From Candidatus Omnitrophota bacterium (GTDB taxonomy: Bacteria > Omnitrophota > Gorgyraeia > Gygaellales > Profunditerraquicolaceae): DNA of 48,031 bases. Shown one piece after another: positions 36,552 to 45,902 of this stretch. The notes below the pieces were generated by a model, which saw nothing but the letters and a program-made list of their open reading frames with translations, was not told the DNA's origin and did no database searches. Each line of letters opens with the position of its first letter. The stretch's first letter is position 1. Location of the stretch: contig JAPLLU010000091.1 in assembly GCA_026387385.1 (NCBI GenBank), positions 1 through 48,031 on the forward strand, read 5' to 3'. The position numbers and the translations under genes were made by a program.

Positions 36552-37904
36552 TTAAGTGCAGAAGACTTTGACCGTATCTAAAAATTCTTTACCTTCTTTT
36601 AAAGGATTAATGTAACCGTCAATCCTGACAATGTCTTTTTTTTCTTTTAAATCTATAAATTCCTTTTTTTCTGGGGGAGAAATCACTTCCACTTGAGGTG
36701 AAAATATATCATACTCATTTTCATCCCTGACCACGGCGATCCTTCCGTCGCTTAATCTAACAATCGAGCCGATAGGCCAGACACCGATGATCTTGAAGAA
36801 TCTATCTATAAGCCTTGGCTCAAATGATTCTCCTTTGCCTTTTATCATTAAATTATAGATTAAATCAGGGGAATAATCTGTTTTACGTCCTCTTTTGCGA
36901 AAAAGGGAATCGTAAATATCACATATTGATACTATCATAGAGGCGATATGAGGTTTTTTGGGAAAAAACAGCTTAGGGGTCCCTTTAAGATTATATTTTA
37001 AGTGATGTTCAAAAGCTACGACAATGGGCAAAATCCCTAAGGTGTCTACGTATCGTAACAGAAGCTTGGCTCCCAATATGGTATGGCTTTCATCTAAAGC
37101 AGAAACTCCTTCTTGAGGCCCAGCGGGCCTACCGGTAGTTTTTCTGAAAATATACTGCCTACCGATATCGTGAAATAATGCGGCAACGCCGATATCCAAG
37201 ACGTCTTCTTTAACAAATCCAATCCTGGAAGAAAAATACATAGATAGAATAGATACATTTAGTAGATGTTCGTACATGCCTAAATCGAGCGTCTTTAACG
37301 TTGCCAATGTCAAAATACCCTGATATTTCCCTGTCAGCCCCTCCATAATATTGTTTATCGAAAAACGTAAGGCCAGGGAATCGATTGTTTCTGTTTCCAA
37401 TATATTTGTAAATGTTTTCTGGACTTTAGTTATAGAGTTTTCGTATAAATTTGAAAGGCTTATGACTTTTATCTCTTTATCAGATATATCGGTTTTTAGT
37501 TTCCCAATAGATATATTTTTAATTCCCAATAGCGCAAAGTGGTCACTGGTTTTTGTTTCTATCTCCGCACGGGGAGTTACTAAAAACCTGATAAAATTAT
37601 CCAGCTCTTCTTTTTGCATGCCTATATAAAAGGTGATCCTCTCTATCCCTTTAGATTTTAAATATAGGATTTCCGGCCTGGCAGATTTGCTTAAATCAAA
37701 AAATACCTCTTTTCCAAAAGCCAACTCCTCTTCCACAATCCCAAAAACTAACTCTTTTTTTTCCATTAAAATATTGTGCAGACTCGAATATACATTTTCT
37801 ACGGATTTTTTGAATAAAAGATGCTCTAGCCCGTAGAGTTTAGCTGCCTGCAACGAAGCCAACAAGCTCCGAAATGCGCTTTCGATATTTTCTAAGTCTG
37901 CCAT
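36552..37904 (-). CDS. HD-GYP-like phosphohydrolase-domain protein with a degenerate GYP motif (GTP) and an uncharacterised N-terminal domain
   Basis: 450 aa: HLLNVS...AALFHDIGR...FEHHLKYNLKGTPK...ICDIYDSL...WPIGSIVRLSDGRIAVV. The canonical motif would be HHERxDGSGYP. Confidence 0.75.
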   Translation of the reverse strand: MADLENIESAFRSLLASLQAAKLYGLEHLLFKKSVENVYSSLHNILMEKKELVFGIVEEELAFGKEVFFDLSKSARPEILYLKSKGIERITFYIGMQKEELDNFIRFLVTPRAEIETKTSDHFALLGIKNISIGKLKTDISDKEIKVISLSNLYENSITKVQKTFTNILETETIDSLALRFSINNIMEGLTGKYQGILTLATLKTLDLGMYEHLLNVSILSMYFSSRIGFVKEDVLDIGVAALFHDIGRQYIFRKTTGRPAGPQEGVSALDESHTILGAKLLLRYVDTLGILPIVVAFEHHLKYNLKGTPKLFFPKKPHIASMIVSICDIYDSLFRKRGRKTDYSPDLIYNLMIKGKGESFEPRLIDRFFKIIGVWPIGSIVRLSDGRIAVVRDENEYDIFSPQVEVISPPEKKEFIDLKEKKDIVRIDGYINPLKEGKEFLDTVKVFCT

Positions 37905-39817
37905 TTTTTTAGCACCTGCATTGCTTTATCCTTTATGTCTCTATTCCAAAAGAACCTTTTCTTACTAAAAGAAACCAAATAACTGCTTGCCTCTTTAAGA
38001 CGGATGTTTTCAATAATCATTATATTCTCCATCAGCAGATCGTTTTCTATGCCGAAAAAATTAGGGATAGAAAGAAGCATCCTTATCGCCTCTTTTTTTT
38101 TGCTTTCATCCTTAGCTAACACCGTCAAGGCCTCTTCTTTCAAAGCAAAATCTCCTTTAGACAAAATTGAAAATAGGAATTCCGCATCAATTTCCGATAA
38201 TCCCCCCATAGCTCTTAATACCTGGACTTTTTCAAATTCGTTAGCAAATAAAAAAATATTTTTAAGGATTTCAAGAGTCATCGGAGAATTAAGTATTTTT
38301 AAGCTCTCTATTATCTTAGTGGTAAATTCTATATCGATTTTGCCCTGTTCCAGGCATTGATAAAAAAACGGTAAGGTATCGGGAAAGAATCTCAAAAAGA
38401 GTCCCAGCGCGTAAGGACCTGCTTTCTTTTCCTCAAATATCTTGGCAAGATAAAAATCGGATTTGAAAGAGGGCTTTTCAAGATAATCTACAAAATATTT
38501 CAGATCCAACTGGTCATCTTCTTCCCATACCAGGCTTTCGATATATTCAGAAATATGCCTATCCAGCTCCTCGAAAATAAAGGAATATGAAGGTTTTTCT
38601 TTTTTTATTAGTTTTACGATCTCCAAAAGTTGTTTCAGATATTCTAGATTCATTGAACCGACGATCCCAGACCATTCATGGGAGATTGTTTTAGCGATCA
38701 GGCTTAAAGGCTCCTCGTTCTTCTCTTTGTTCAATAACTCGGCTAAAACAAAATGGTAACAGGTATTCAGGAAATTGTGGTCAAAGAAAAATTCCTTCTC
38801 AAAAGATATTCCTTCCAACATAGAGGAGAGCGTATTGCGATAAACGTCGGGAACGATTTCGTTTCCGGGAGCAAATAACAGGGCCTGAATTCTCATGACT
38901 GCTTCAGGGTGATCTTTTAAAAGCATTTTCTGCGCTGTTTTACTTTCTAAAGTAGATGAAATCTTCCCATGCTTTACTTCACCCGTAATCTGCGAGAATA
39001 ATTTAAAACTTAAGGTATCAAAATTGGCGTTAGAAAGTATTTGGTTCCATAACAGGCCAGCTAAGTCTTCTTCATTCAAGTTAACAAAAAATGGTTTTAC
39101 CTTATCTATATTCTCATCTTTTAGTAACTCCTTATATTTAAGAAGCCATTCAAACATATCTGAGGAGCATCTTGTGAATGCCTCTTTTTGGTTATCCCGA
39201 AGGTAGTTAAGAAAATTGCAGATCTCTTGACTTAATTCCTTATCCTCCAACAAACTCTGAGCTTTAAATTTTCCTATTATCCCTCCAAAGTTATCGGAAA
39301 GCTCTTTTATTCTAGCGGCATCCTGCTTTTTAGAGGCATCCCTGAATTTGTATACCCATATATCAAGGGCCTCTTCCCCCTCTCCTTCTAAAAGTTGTGC
39401 ATAATTCAGCTCATCGACTAAGATATGAAGAATGCCTTTTTTCTTAAGAATATCCCGGACTCCGCCGGCCCTTAAAATTTCTTTTTTCGGCTTGGAAACT
39501 TCGTTAACAAAATCAGTCAGTTCTTCTAACGTTACCCCTCTTTTTATTTCTACTCCTTCTATCTTGCGTTGATGGAATAGCTGACCGAGTTCAATATATG
39601 AAGAAAGTTTATCCCAAACTACGCCATCTATAAATAAGGATCTAGGAGTAAAATTGACCTTGACGCAATCTAAAAAATTGAACAATACATCGATTTTTTC
39701 TTTGAAATTGAGGAGAGATTTTAAATAAAGGGGATGGGTTCTAGAATAAGCTGAGCCATTGTATACGGCTATGCGGAAACCAGCTACAAAATCCTTTAAC
39801 GCCTCTTCTTTATTCAT
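37892..39817 (-). CDS. Hypothetical 641-aa protein; the N-terminal domain is paralogous to that of the downstream HD-GYP-like protein, and the C-terminus is HEAT-like
   Basis: Long uninterrupted ORF overlapping the next gene by 13 nt. I recognise no catalytic motif. N-terminal similarity was judged by eye (Y..HP..LKS...GIE.I....G...EEL.DF). Confidence 0.6.
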   Translation of the reverse strand: MNKEEALKDFVAGFRIAVYNGSAYSRTHPLYLKSLLNFKEKIDVLFNFLDCVKVNFTPRSLFIDGVVWDKLSSYIELGQLFHQRKIEGVEIKRGVTLEELTDFVNEVSKPKKEILRAGGVRDILKKKGILHILVDELNYAQLLEGEGEEALDIWVYKFRDASKKQDAARIKELSDNFGGIIGKFKAQSLLEDKELSQEICNFLNYLRDNQKEAFTRCSSDMFEWLLKYKELLKDENIDKVKPFFVNLNEEDLAGLLWNQILSNANFDTLSFKLFSQITGEVKHGKISSTLESKTAQKMLLKDHPEAVMRIQALLFAPGNEIVPDVYRNTLSSMLEGISFEKEFFFDHNFLNTCYHFVLAELLNKEKNEEPLSLIAKTISHEWSGIVGSMNLEYLKQLLEIVKLIKKEKPSYSFIFEELDRHISEYIESLVWEEDDQLDLKYFVDYLEKPSFKSDFYLAKIFEEKKAGPYALGLFLRFFPDTLPFFYQCLEQGKIDIEFTTKIIESLKILNSPMTLEILKNIFLFANEFEKVQVLRAMGGLSEIDAEFLFSILSKGDFALKEEALTVLAKDESKKKEAIRMLLSIPNFFGIENDLLMENIMIIENIRLKEASSYLVSFSKKRFFWNRDIKDKAMQVLKKWQT

Positions 39818-39883
39818 GGTTATAACTATTCTATTCTGCCGTAACTATTATATTCTACTATTAAAATATGATTTATACAATAT

Positions 39884-39916
39884 AAACAAAAACGCCCTAG
39901 AAGATAGGGCGTTTTG
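39884..39916 (-). terminator. Rho-independent terminator downstream of gdhA
   Basis: Minus-sense gcAAAACGCCCTAtcttcTAGGGCGTTTTTgtttata: an 8-11 bp GC-rich stem followed by a T-tract. Confidence 0.8.
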
Positions 39917-39971
39917 CACGAAAACTAAAAAGAAAGATTAAAATATATTCTTTTGTGCTTAACACATAACT

Positions 39972-41309
39972 TTATACCAATCCTTGATCTATCATAGCAT
40001 CAGCTACTTTGACAAAACCGGCAATATTGGCCCCATTTACATAATTCACATAATTACCTTCTTTTCCATATTTCACGCACTGTTCATGGATAGCTGTCAT
40101 AATCTCACTTAGTTTTTTATCCACTTCTGCACGCGACCAGGATAGCCTCATACTGTTTTGGGTCATTTCCAGTCCGGAAGTAGCTACGCCGCCGGCATTG
40201 GACGCCTTGCCAGGGGCATACAAAATCTTTGCCTTCTGAAATACCTCAACTCCTTCCGGAGTAGTAGGCATATTTGCTCCTTCACCAATAGCAATACAGC
40301 CATTCTTGACTAAGGTCTTTGCATCATCTTCATCTATCTCGTTCTGTGTAGCGCTGGGGAAAGCAATATCGCATTTTATTCCCCAGGGCTTTTTATTCTC
40401 GAAGTATTCGCACTTAAAATTATCTGCACACTCTTTTATGCGGCCGCGCTTTACATTCTTAAGCTCAAGCACGCAGGACAATTCTTTTTTGTCTATGCCG
40501 CCTTTATCATAAATAAACCCGTTGGAATCTGACAATGTTACTACCTTCGCCCCTAACTGTATAAGTTTTTCTACGGTATATTGAGCAACATTACCTGAGC
40601 CTGAAACAGCACAAACCTTACCCTCCAAAGTCTCGCCTTTAGTCTTTAACATCTGCTCTACAAAATAGACGCAACCATAACCTGTAGCCTCAGGCCTGAT
40701 TAAACTACCTCCCCAATTCAAGCCTTTGCCGGTAAAAACTCCGGTAAATTCATTGCGTAATCGTTTATACTGACCAAACATATACCCAATCTCGCGTCCT
40801 CCTACGCCAATATCACCGGCAGGAACATCGGTATCCGGACCTATGTGCCTTGATAGCTCTGTCATAAAACTCTGGCAGAACCGCATTACCTCATTATCGG
40901 ATTTTCCTTTGGGGTCAAAATCAGAACCCCCTTTTCCGCCACCCATGGGAAGGGTAGTCAAGGCATTCTTAAAAACCTGTTCAAAGGCTAAGAATTTTAA
41001 AATTCCCAGATTCACACTGGGATGAAAACGCAAACCGCCTTTATAGGGCCCGATGGCGCTGCTCATTTCTATGCGATAACCTCTATTTATCTGGATTTCT
41101 CCTTTATCATCAGCCCAGGGGACACGAAACATTATCACCCTTTCCGGTTCTACCATTCTTTCAAGAATCTTGGCTTTCTGATACTTCGGATTCTTCTCAA
41201 TGAAAGGCATTACTGATTCCGCTACTTCCCGCACTGCCTGATGAAATTCTGATTCACCGGGATTTTTTTCAATTACTTTCGCCATAAATTCTTCGATTTT
41301 CTTTGCCAT
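39972..41309 (-). CDS. gdhA: NADP-specific glutamate dehydrogenase
   Basis: 445 aa: GPYKGGLRFHPSVNL, LPMGGGKGGSDFDPKGKS, GSGNVAQY. Confidence 0.93.
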   Translation of the reverse strand: MAKKIEEFMAKVIEKNPGESEFHQAVREVAESVMPFIEKNPKYQKAKILERMVEPERVIMFRVPWADDKGEIQINRGYRIEMSSAIGPYKGGLRFHPSVNLGILKFLAFEQVFKNALTTLPMGGGKGGSDFDPKGKSDNEVMRFCQSFMTELSRHIGPDTDVPAGDIGVGGREIGYMFGQYKRLRNEFTGVFTGKGLNWGGSLIRPEATGYGCVYFVEQMLKTKGETLEGKVCAVSGSGNVAQYTVEKLIQLGAKVVTLSDSNGFIYDKGGIDKKELSCVLELKNVKRGRIKECADNFKCEYFENKKPWGIKCDIAFPSATQNEIDEDDAKTLVKNGCIAIGEGANMPTTPEGVEVFQKAKILYAPGKASNAGGVATSGLEMTQNSMRLSWSRAEVDKKLSEIMTAIHEQCVKYGKEGNYVNYVNGANIAGFVKVADAMIDQGLV

Positions 41310-41333
41310 GCTTATCCTCCCCTTTGAATATTT

Positions 41334-41363
41334 ATTCTACCTAATTCCATATTTTATAGGCAA
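41334..41363 (-). promoter_or_regulatory. Candidate sigma70-type promoter for gdhA
   Basis: Minus-sense TTGCCT - 18 nt - TAGAAT, about 25 nt upstream of a GGGGAGGA RBS. Confidence 0.4.
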
Positions 41364-41371
41364 TATACCAT

Positions 41372-41411
41372 AAAAAAAAGCGTCCGACAATGACATAATT
41401 ATCGGACGCCT
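41372..41411 (-). terminator. Rho-independent terminator downstream of the Na/Pi transporter gene
   Basis: Minus-sense aaGGCGTCCGAtaattatgtcattgTCGGACGCtttttttt: an 8-9 bp stem followed by T8. Confidence 0.8.
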
Positions 41412-41529
41412 TTGTCCTTACTAAGTTATAGTAACGATAATAACATAAAAAGTTTGTTCGTCAAGAAAAAATATTATTCGGCTTTGATAAAACAAGTTAA
41501 GATATGCCAGAAGCCTTTTTAATCTGGGC

Positions 41530-43140
41530 CTATTGCAGCCCTTCGATTACTGCCTGAGCCACATTGGTGAGATGATCGCCTATCTTTTCCAGATTGCTTA
41601 TCATATCTAAAAAGACTACTCCTGAGAGGACTTTACATTGCCCCTGCTCCAGGCGCCTTACATGATTATCTTTTAGCCTATCTCTTAAGCTATTGATTTG
41701 GCATTCCTGCTCTAAAACAACCTTTGCTTCATCTACATTGTTTAACTTCAAAGCATTAACCGAACAGTTAATCATATTATTTATATCTAGGTACATCTTC
41801 TTTAATTCTTCTGTAGCCGTATCGGAGAAAAGAATCTTACCGTCAATTTTCTGTTCAGCCAAATCCCTTAAATTTTCTGCATGGTCACCTATTCTCTCCA
41901 CATCATTAATTGCGTGTATAAGCGGAGGTATCTTCTTTGAATCTTCCTTGCTTAGTTCCCGTTGCATCAATTCTACAAGATAGTTAGTGATCGCCTCTCT
42001 TAAAGAATCAACCGCCTCTTCGCTTCTGGCTATTTTTTCTAAAGACTTGGAGTCGTTACTCAGAAAACTATTCATTGCTATGCCAACCATTTTCTGAGTT
42101 AAGCCTAAAGTTCTGATTGTCTCTTTAATCGCCGCTTCTATTGCAATGGACGGCGTATTTAACAAGTGGCGCTCTAGATACTTAGGAAGATATTCGGTTT
42201 CCTCCTCTTCTTTACCTTTTACTATCTTAGTAATGAAACTAGCATAAGCCCGAGTAAAAGGCAGGAAAATAATTGTATTTATTGTATTAAATAGTGTATG
42301 CGCATTGGCAATCTGTCGGATAAGTTCGCCAGATGTATGGCTGACCAGATTTTGGAAAAGACCGAGAAAGGGCAAAAAGATAACCGTTCCGATAGTATTA
42401 AACATAATATGAGCTACCGCTGTTCTTCTTGCAGAAACACCGGTGCCGATAGAGGCCAGTAATGCTGTAGCACAGGTTCCAATATTACAACCAAAAACCA
42501 AAGCGATAGCAGCCCTTAAATCAATTACATTTATCATGGCTAAACCCAGAACCATACCTATAGTAACTGCGCTACTCTGCAATATTCCAGTGATAATTGC
42601 ACCGGCCAATACACCTAAAAGAGGGTTTCTGCTGAAACTTACTAATATATTGTTAAAGACAGGAGAATCCTTTAAGGGCTTAACCGCATCTGTTGATATT
42701 TTTAAACCTAAAAAAAGTATACCGAAGCCTAAGATAAATTCACCAATGTATTTATGTGTTTTCCTTTTGGACAGAAACATAACAAGCATTCCTAAGCCGA
42801 TAAGCGGAAGTGCGTAATCCGTAAGCTTAAAGGCAATTAACTGTACAGTGATAGTCGTACCAATATTAGCACCGAATATCACGCCTAATGCCTGGACAAG
42901 CGTCATTAGTCCGGCATTTACAAATCCTACCACCATCACTGTGGTGGCAGAAGAGGACTGAATTAAAAGAGTTACGCCTACGCCAACCAATACCCCTCTC
43001 ATTGTACTTCCGGTGAGGTTATGCAGAACTCTCCTCATCCTCTCGCCACAGGCCTTATGTAAACCTTCGCTCATTACCCATATTCCATAGATAAATAACC
43101 CCAGGCCTCCAACAAGACCAAAAATAACTTCTTTAATCAT
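41530..43140 (-). CDS. Na+/phosphate cotransporter family protein with C-terminal PhoU-like domains
   Basis: 536 aa: duplicated Na_Pi_cotrans motifs (QSSSATT, QSSAVT) and PhoU repeats (ERIGDHAENL, EKIGDHLTNV). Confidence 0.85.
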   Translation of the reverse strand: MIKEVIFGLVGGLGLFIYGIWVMSEGLHKACGERMRRVLHNLTGSTMRGVLVGVGVTLLIQSSSATTVMVVGFVNAGLMTLVQALGVIFGANIGTTITVQLIAFKLTDYALPLIGLGMLVMFLSKRKTHKYIGEFILGFGILFLGLKISTDAVKPLKDSPVFNNILVSFSRNPLLGVLAGAIITGILQSSAVTIGMVLGLAMINVIDLRAAIALVFGCNIGTCATALLASIGTGVSARRTAVAHIMFNTIGTVIFLPFLGLFQNLVSHTSGELIRQIANAHTLFNTINTIIFLPFTRAYASFITKIVKGKEEEETEYLPKYLERHLLNTPSIAIEAAIKETIRTLGLTQKMVGIAMNSFLSNDSKSLEKIARSEEAVDSLREAITNYLVELMQRELSKEDSKKIPPLIHAINDVERIGDHAENLRDLAEQKIDGKILFSDTATEELKKMYLDINNMINCSVNALKLNNVDEAKVVLEQECQINSLRDRLKDNHVRRLEQGQCKVLSGVVFLDMISNLEKIGDHLTNVAQAVIEGLQ

Positions 43141-43182
43141 ACCTATATCTCCTTTATAAAAACTTACCTAAATTTTTTATTA

Positions 43183-43345
43183 TTAGGCCTTGGAACTGTT
43201 TCGTTTCTTAAGATAAACCATTAAAATAGAAATTGCCGTTGGTGTAATCCCGGAAATGCGCGATGCCTGGCCTAAATTAATAGGCTTAAATCTCTCTAGT
43301 TTATCTTTTATTTCTCACAAAAGCCTTAACATTAATACCGTAAAT
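43183..43345 (-). pseudogene. Decayed duplicate of the mnmG 3' end (last ~45 codons), non-functional fragment
   Basis: The reverse complement reads [43 protein letters not shown], against the mnmG C-terminus [40 protein letters not shown]. An in-frame TGA lies at 43315-43317, there is no start codon, and weaker frameshifted similarity continues upstream. Confidence 0.8.
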
Positions 43346-43370
43346 ATATCCCGCTGTCAAGCGCAATTTC

Positions 43371-44045
43371 TTATATCGTTTTCCCGGTACATGCCTTGAC
43401 ACAAATTCCGCAGATATATTGTTCGACCAAGCGTTGTTTTTGGAAATCCTTTAATTTCTCAAAACATTTAATGTGTTCGAAATCCGAAGGGCTTTCTTTA
43501 ATAGCTCCTGCCGGACAGGCATTGATACAGATCTTACAACCCTGGCAGTTTTGCTTGACAGGTTTGTCTGTTTTTAGCGGCATATCGGTAAGAATCGATA
43601 CGAGGCGAAACTGGCTACCAATGTCTTTATTGACCAATAAATTACTCCTGCCTATCCAGCCTAACCCCGCTAAATAGCCGATTTCTTTGTGTGATAGGTG
43701 CGCCTTTTGATTTTCCCAGTCTAAGATCAAAGAGGCGAGAATGGGTAGAGCCCGGTAGCCTTTCTTTTGTATTCTATTACATACCTTAAGTGCCAATTGA
43801 TCTAACGAGGCATTTACAGTCCGGTAATGATGGAAGTAAAGCTTTGTCGGAGAATCAGAGATCCCTTCCAGGATACTGCCGGATAACCTTATCCCTAAAG
43901 AGATAGCATTATCCAGTTTTTCCAGGACCTTCCCGGATAACATAAAGTCTTTTTTCGTTTTAGAAATATCCGCTACGCCGAACAAATCAGCTTCCAGATC
44001 TTGACAGAATTTCTTAAGAGCAGAATAGTTTTTGTTCTTATCCAT
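43371..44045 (-). CDS. Epoxyqueuosine reductase (QueG)-like 4Fe-4S protein, short form
   Basis: 224 aa: AGLGWIGRSNLLVNKDIGSQFRLVSILTDMPL and CQGCKICINACPAGAI, with a second Cys cluster CGICVKAC. The start overlaps the mnmG stop by 8 nt. Confidence 0.6.
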   Translation of the reverse strand: MDKNKNYSALKKFCQDLEADLFGVADISKTKKDFMLSGKVLEKLDNAISLGIRLSGSILEGISDSPTKLYFHHYRTVNASLDQLALKVCNRIQKKGYRALPILASLILDWENQKAHLSHKEIGYLAGLGWIGRSNLLVNKDIGSQFRLVSILTDMPLKTDKPVKQNCQGCKICINACPAGAIKESPSDFEHIKCFEKLKDFQKQRLVEQYICGICVKACTGKTI

Positions 44046-45897
44046 TTATCTTCCTCAGATACACCATTAAGATTGAAATAGCCGCAGGGGTGACTCCAGA
44101 AATGCGCGATGCCTGGCCTAAATTAAGCGGTTTCAATTTATTCAATTTTTCCTTTATCTCGCGGGAAAGGCCGGAGATATCAGCATAATCCAAACCCTGA
44201 GGCAATTTTATCTTCTCTAAATTCCTAAACCTCCCTACTTCTCTTAACTGTCTTTCTATAAACCCGGAATATTTTACCTCAATTTCTATTTGCTGGTAAG
44301 CAAATTCTGGTATATCTAAATTGAGGTGATCCAGGCTTCTTAAATTTACTAGAGTTATCTCTGGCCTCTTCAGGAGCTCCTCTATAGTAACAGGCTTTTT
44401 TATGGGCTTGGTTTTTAAACGCTCCAGCTCCCTGTTAAATTCTAGACTTGGCTTAAGGCGTGTATTTCTTAAAATATTGATTCCCCGCTTTATTGCCTCA
44501 GTTTTCTCTTGTGTCTTCAGGTAATCTTCTTTTGTTATCAAGCCTAAATCATAACCGATTTTATTAAGCCGTAGGTCAGCATTATCTTGGCGTAAAATCA
44601 GGCGATATTCAACCCGAGAAGTAAACATCCTGTATGGCTCATCTGTGCCTTTGGTGGTCAAATCGTCAATTAATACCCCGATATAACTACTCGCCCGGTC
44701 CAAAATAAGCGGCTCTTTGCCTTTTATGCGTAAAGCAGCATTAATTCCGGCAACCAACCCTTGGGCTGCAGCTTCTTCATAACCTGTGGTACCGTTAATC
44801 TGTCCGGACAGATATAAATTTCTGAATAATTTTGTCTCTAAGGTGGGGTAGAGTTGCGTGGGTTCGACTACTGTATGTTCTATCCCATAACCAAACCTGA
44901 TTACTCTTACCTCTTTTAACCCTTCTATGGAATGCAGCATTTCTAATTGCACGTCTTCCGGAAGGCTAGTGGATAAGCCGTTAGGATAAACCTCATCAGT
45001 TTCATAACCTTCCGGTTCTAAAAATATCTGGTGCCTTTCTTTATCCGCAAACTTCACGATTTTATCTTCTATGGAAGGGCAATATCTTACGCCGGTAGCC
45101 TTGATTATTCCGGCATACAAAGGAGAACGGTTGAGATTATTCTTAATAATATTATGTGTATTTTGATTGGTATAAGTAATATGGCAAGGTACCTGCTTCT
45201 GAGTGATTTCTTTAGTTGAGAAAGAAAACGGGCACGGAGAAGGATCTGCCTCCTGGACGATAAGCTTAGAGAAGTCTATCGTTTTCTTATCCAGGCGCGG
45301 ACAGGTCCCGGTCTTAAACCTAAGCAGATTGAACCCCAGTTCTTTTAGGTTTTGCGCCAAACCAAAGGAGGCCGGCTCATTGATCCTGCCTGCGCTAAAA
45401 TGGTTTAAACCCACATGAATAAGCCCGTCTAAAAATGTTCCCGGGCAGATAATTACCGTATCGGAATTAATCGCTTCGTTTTTGTCGGTAACTATCCCTA
45501 TTACTTTTGTGTCATCAATTATTAGTTTTGTTGCTTCCGCTTCCTTTATAAAAAGACGGTCTTCGTTTTCAACTATCTTCTGCATATATTGCTGATATCT
45601 ATATCTATCTACCTGAGCGCGTAAAGATTGCACTGCCTCACCCTTAGAGGCATTTAACATCCTGAATTGAATACCGCAAGAATCTGTTGCATGCGCCATT
45701 TCTCCGCCGAGGGCATCTATTTCTTTTACCAGCTGACCTTTGCCAATACCGCCAATTGCCGGATTACAACTCATCAGGCCTATGGTATTTTTTTTAAAGG
45801 TCACCATAAGCGTGTTACATCCCATCCGGCTAGATGCTAAAGCAGCCTCTATTCCAGCATGCCCTGCGCCAATGACTATAACATCGTATTTATCCAT
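44038..45897 (-). CDS. mnmG: tRNA uridine 5-carboxymethylaminomethyl modification enzyme
   Basis: 619 aa: [47 protein letters not shown]. Confidence 0.93.
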   Translation of the reverse strand: MDKYDVIVIGAGHAGIEAALASSRMGCNTLMVTFKKNTIGLMSCNPAIGGIGKGQLVKEIDALGGEMAHATDSCGIQFRMLNASKGEAVQSLRAQVDRYRYQQYMQKIVENEDRLFIKEAEATKLIIDDTKVIGIVTDKNEAINSDTVIICPGTFLDGLIHVGLNHFSAGRINEPASFGLAQNLKELGFNLLRFKTGTCPRLDKKTIDFSKLIVQEADPSPCPFSFSTKEITQKQVPCHITYTNQNTHNIIKNNLNRSPLYAGIIKATGVRYCPSIEDKIVKFADKERHQIFLEPEGYETDEVYPNGLSTSLPEDVQLEMLHSIEGLKEVRVIRFGYGIEHTVVEPTQLYPTLETKLFRNLYLSGQINGTTGYEEAAAQGLVAGINAALRIKGKEPLILDRASSYIGVLIDDLTTKGTDEPYRMFTSRVEYRLILRQDNADLRLNKIGYDLGLITKEDYLKTQEKTEAIKRGINILRNTRLKPSLEFNRELERLKTKPIKKPVTIEELLKRPEITLVNLRSLDHLNLDIPEFAYQQIEIEVKYSGFIERQLREVGRFRNLEKIKLPQGLDYADISGLSREIKEKLNKLKPLNLGQASRISGVTPAAISILMVYLRKING

Positions 45898-45902
45898 ATA
45901 AG

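Noticed and set aside
39818-39883. A TATAAT box (minus sense) upstream of the 641-aa gene as its promoter.
   Set aside because: The best -35-like hexamer (TTGTAT) is 22 nt away and no acceptable spacing was found. The region is simply AT-rich, so no promoter feature was called.
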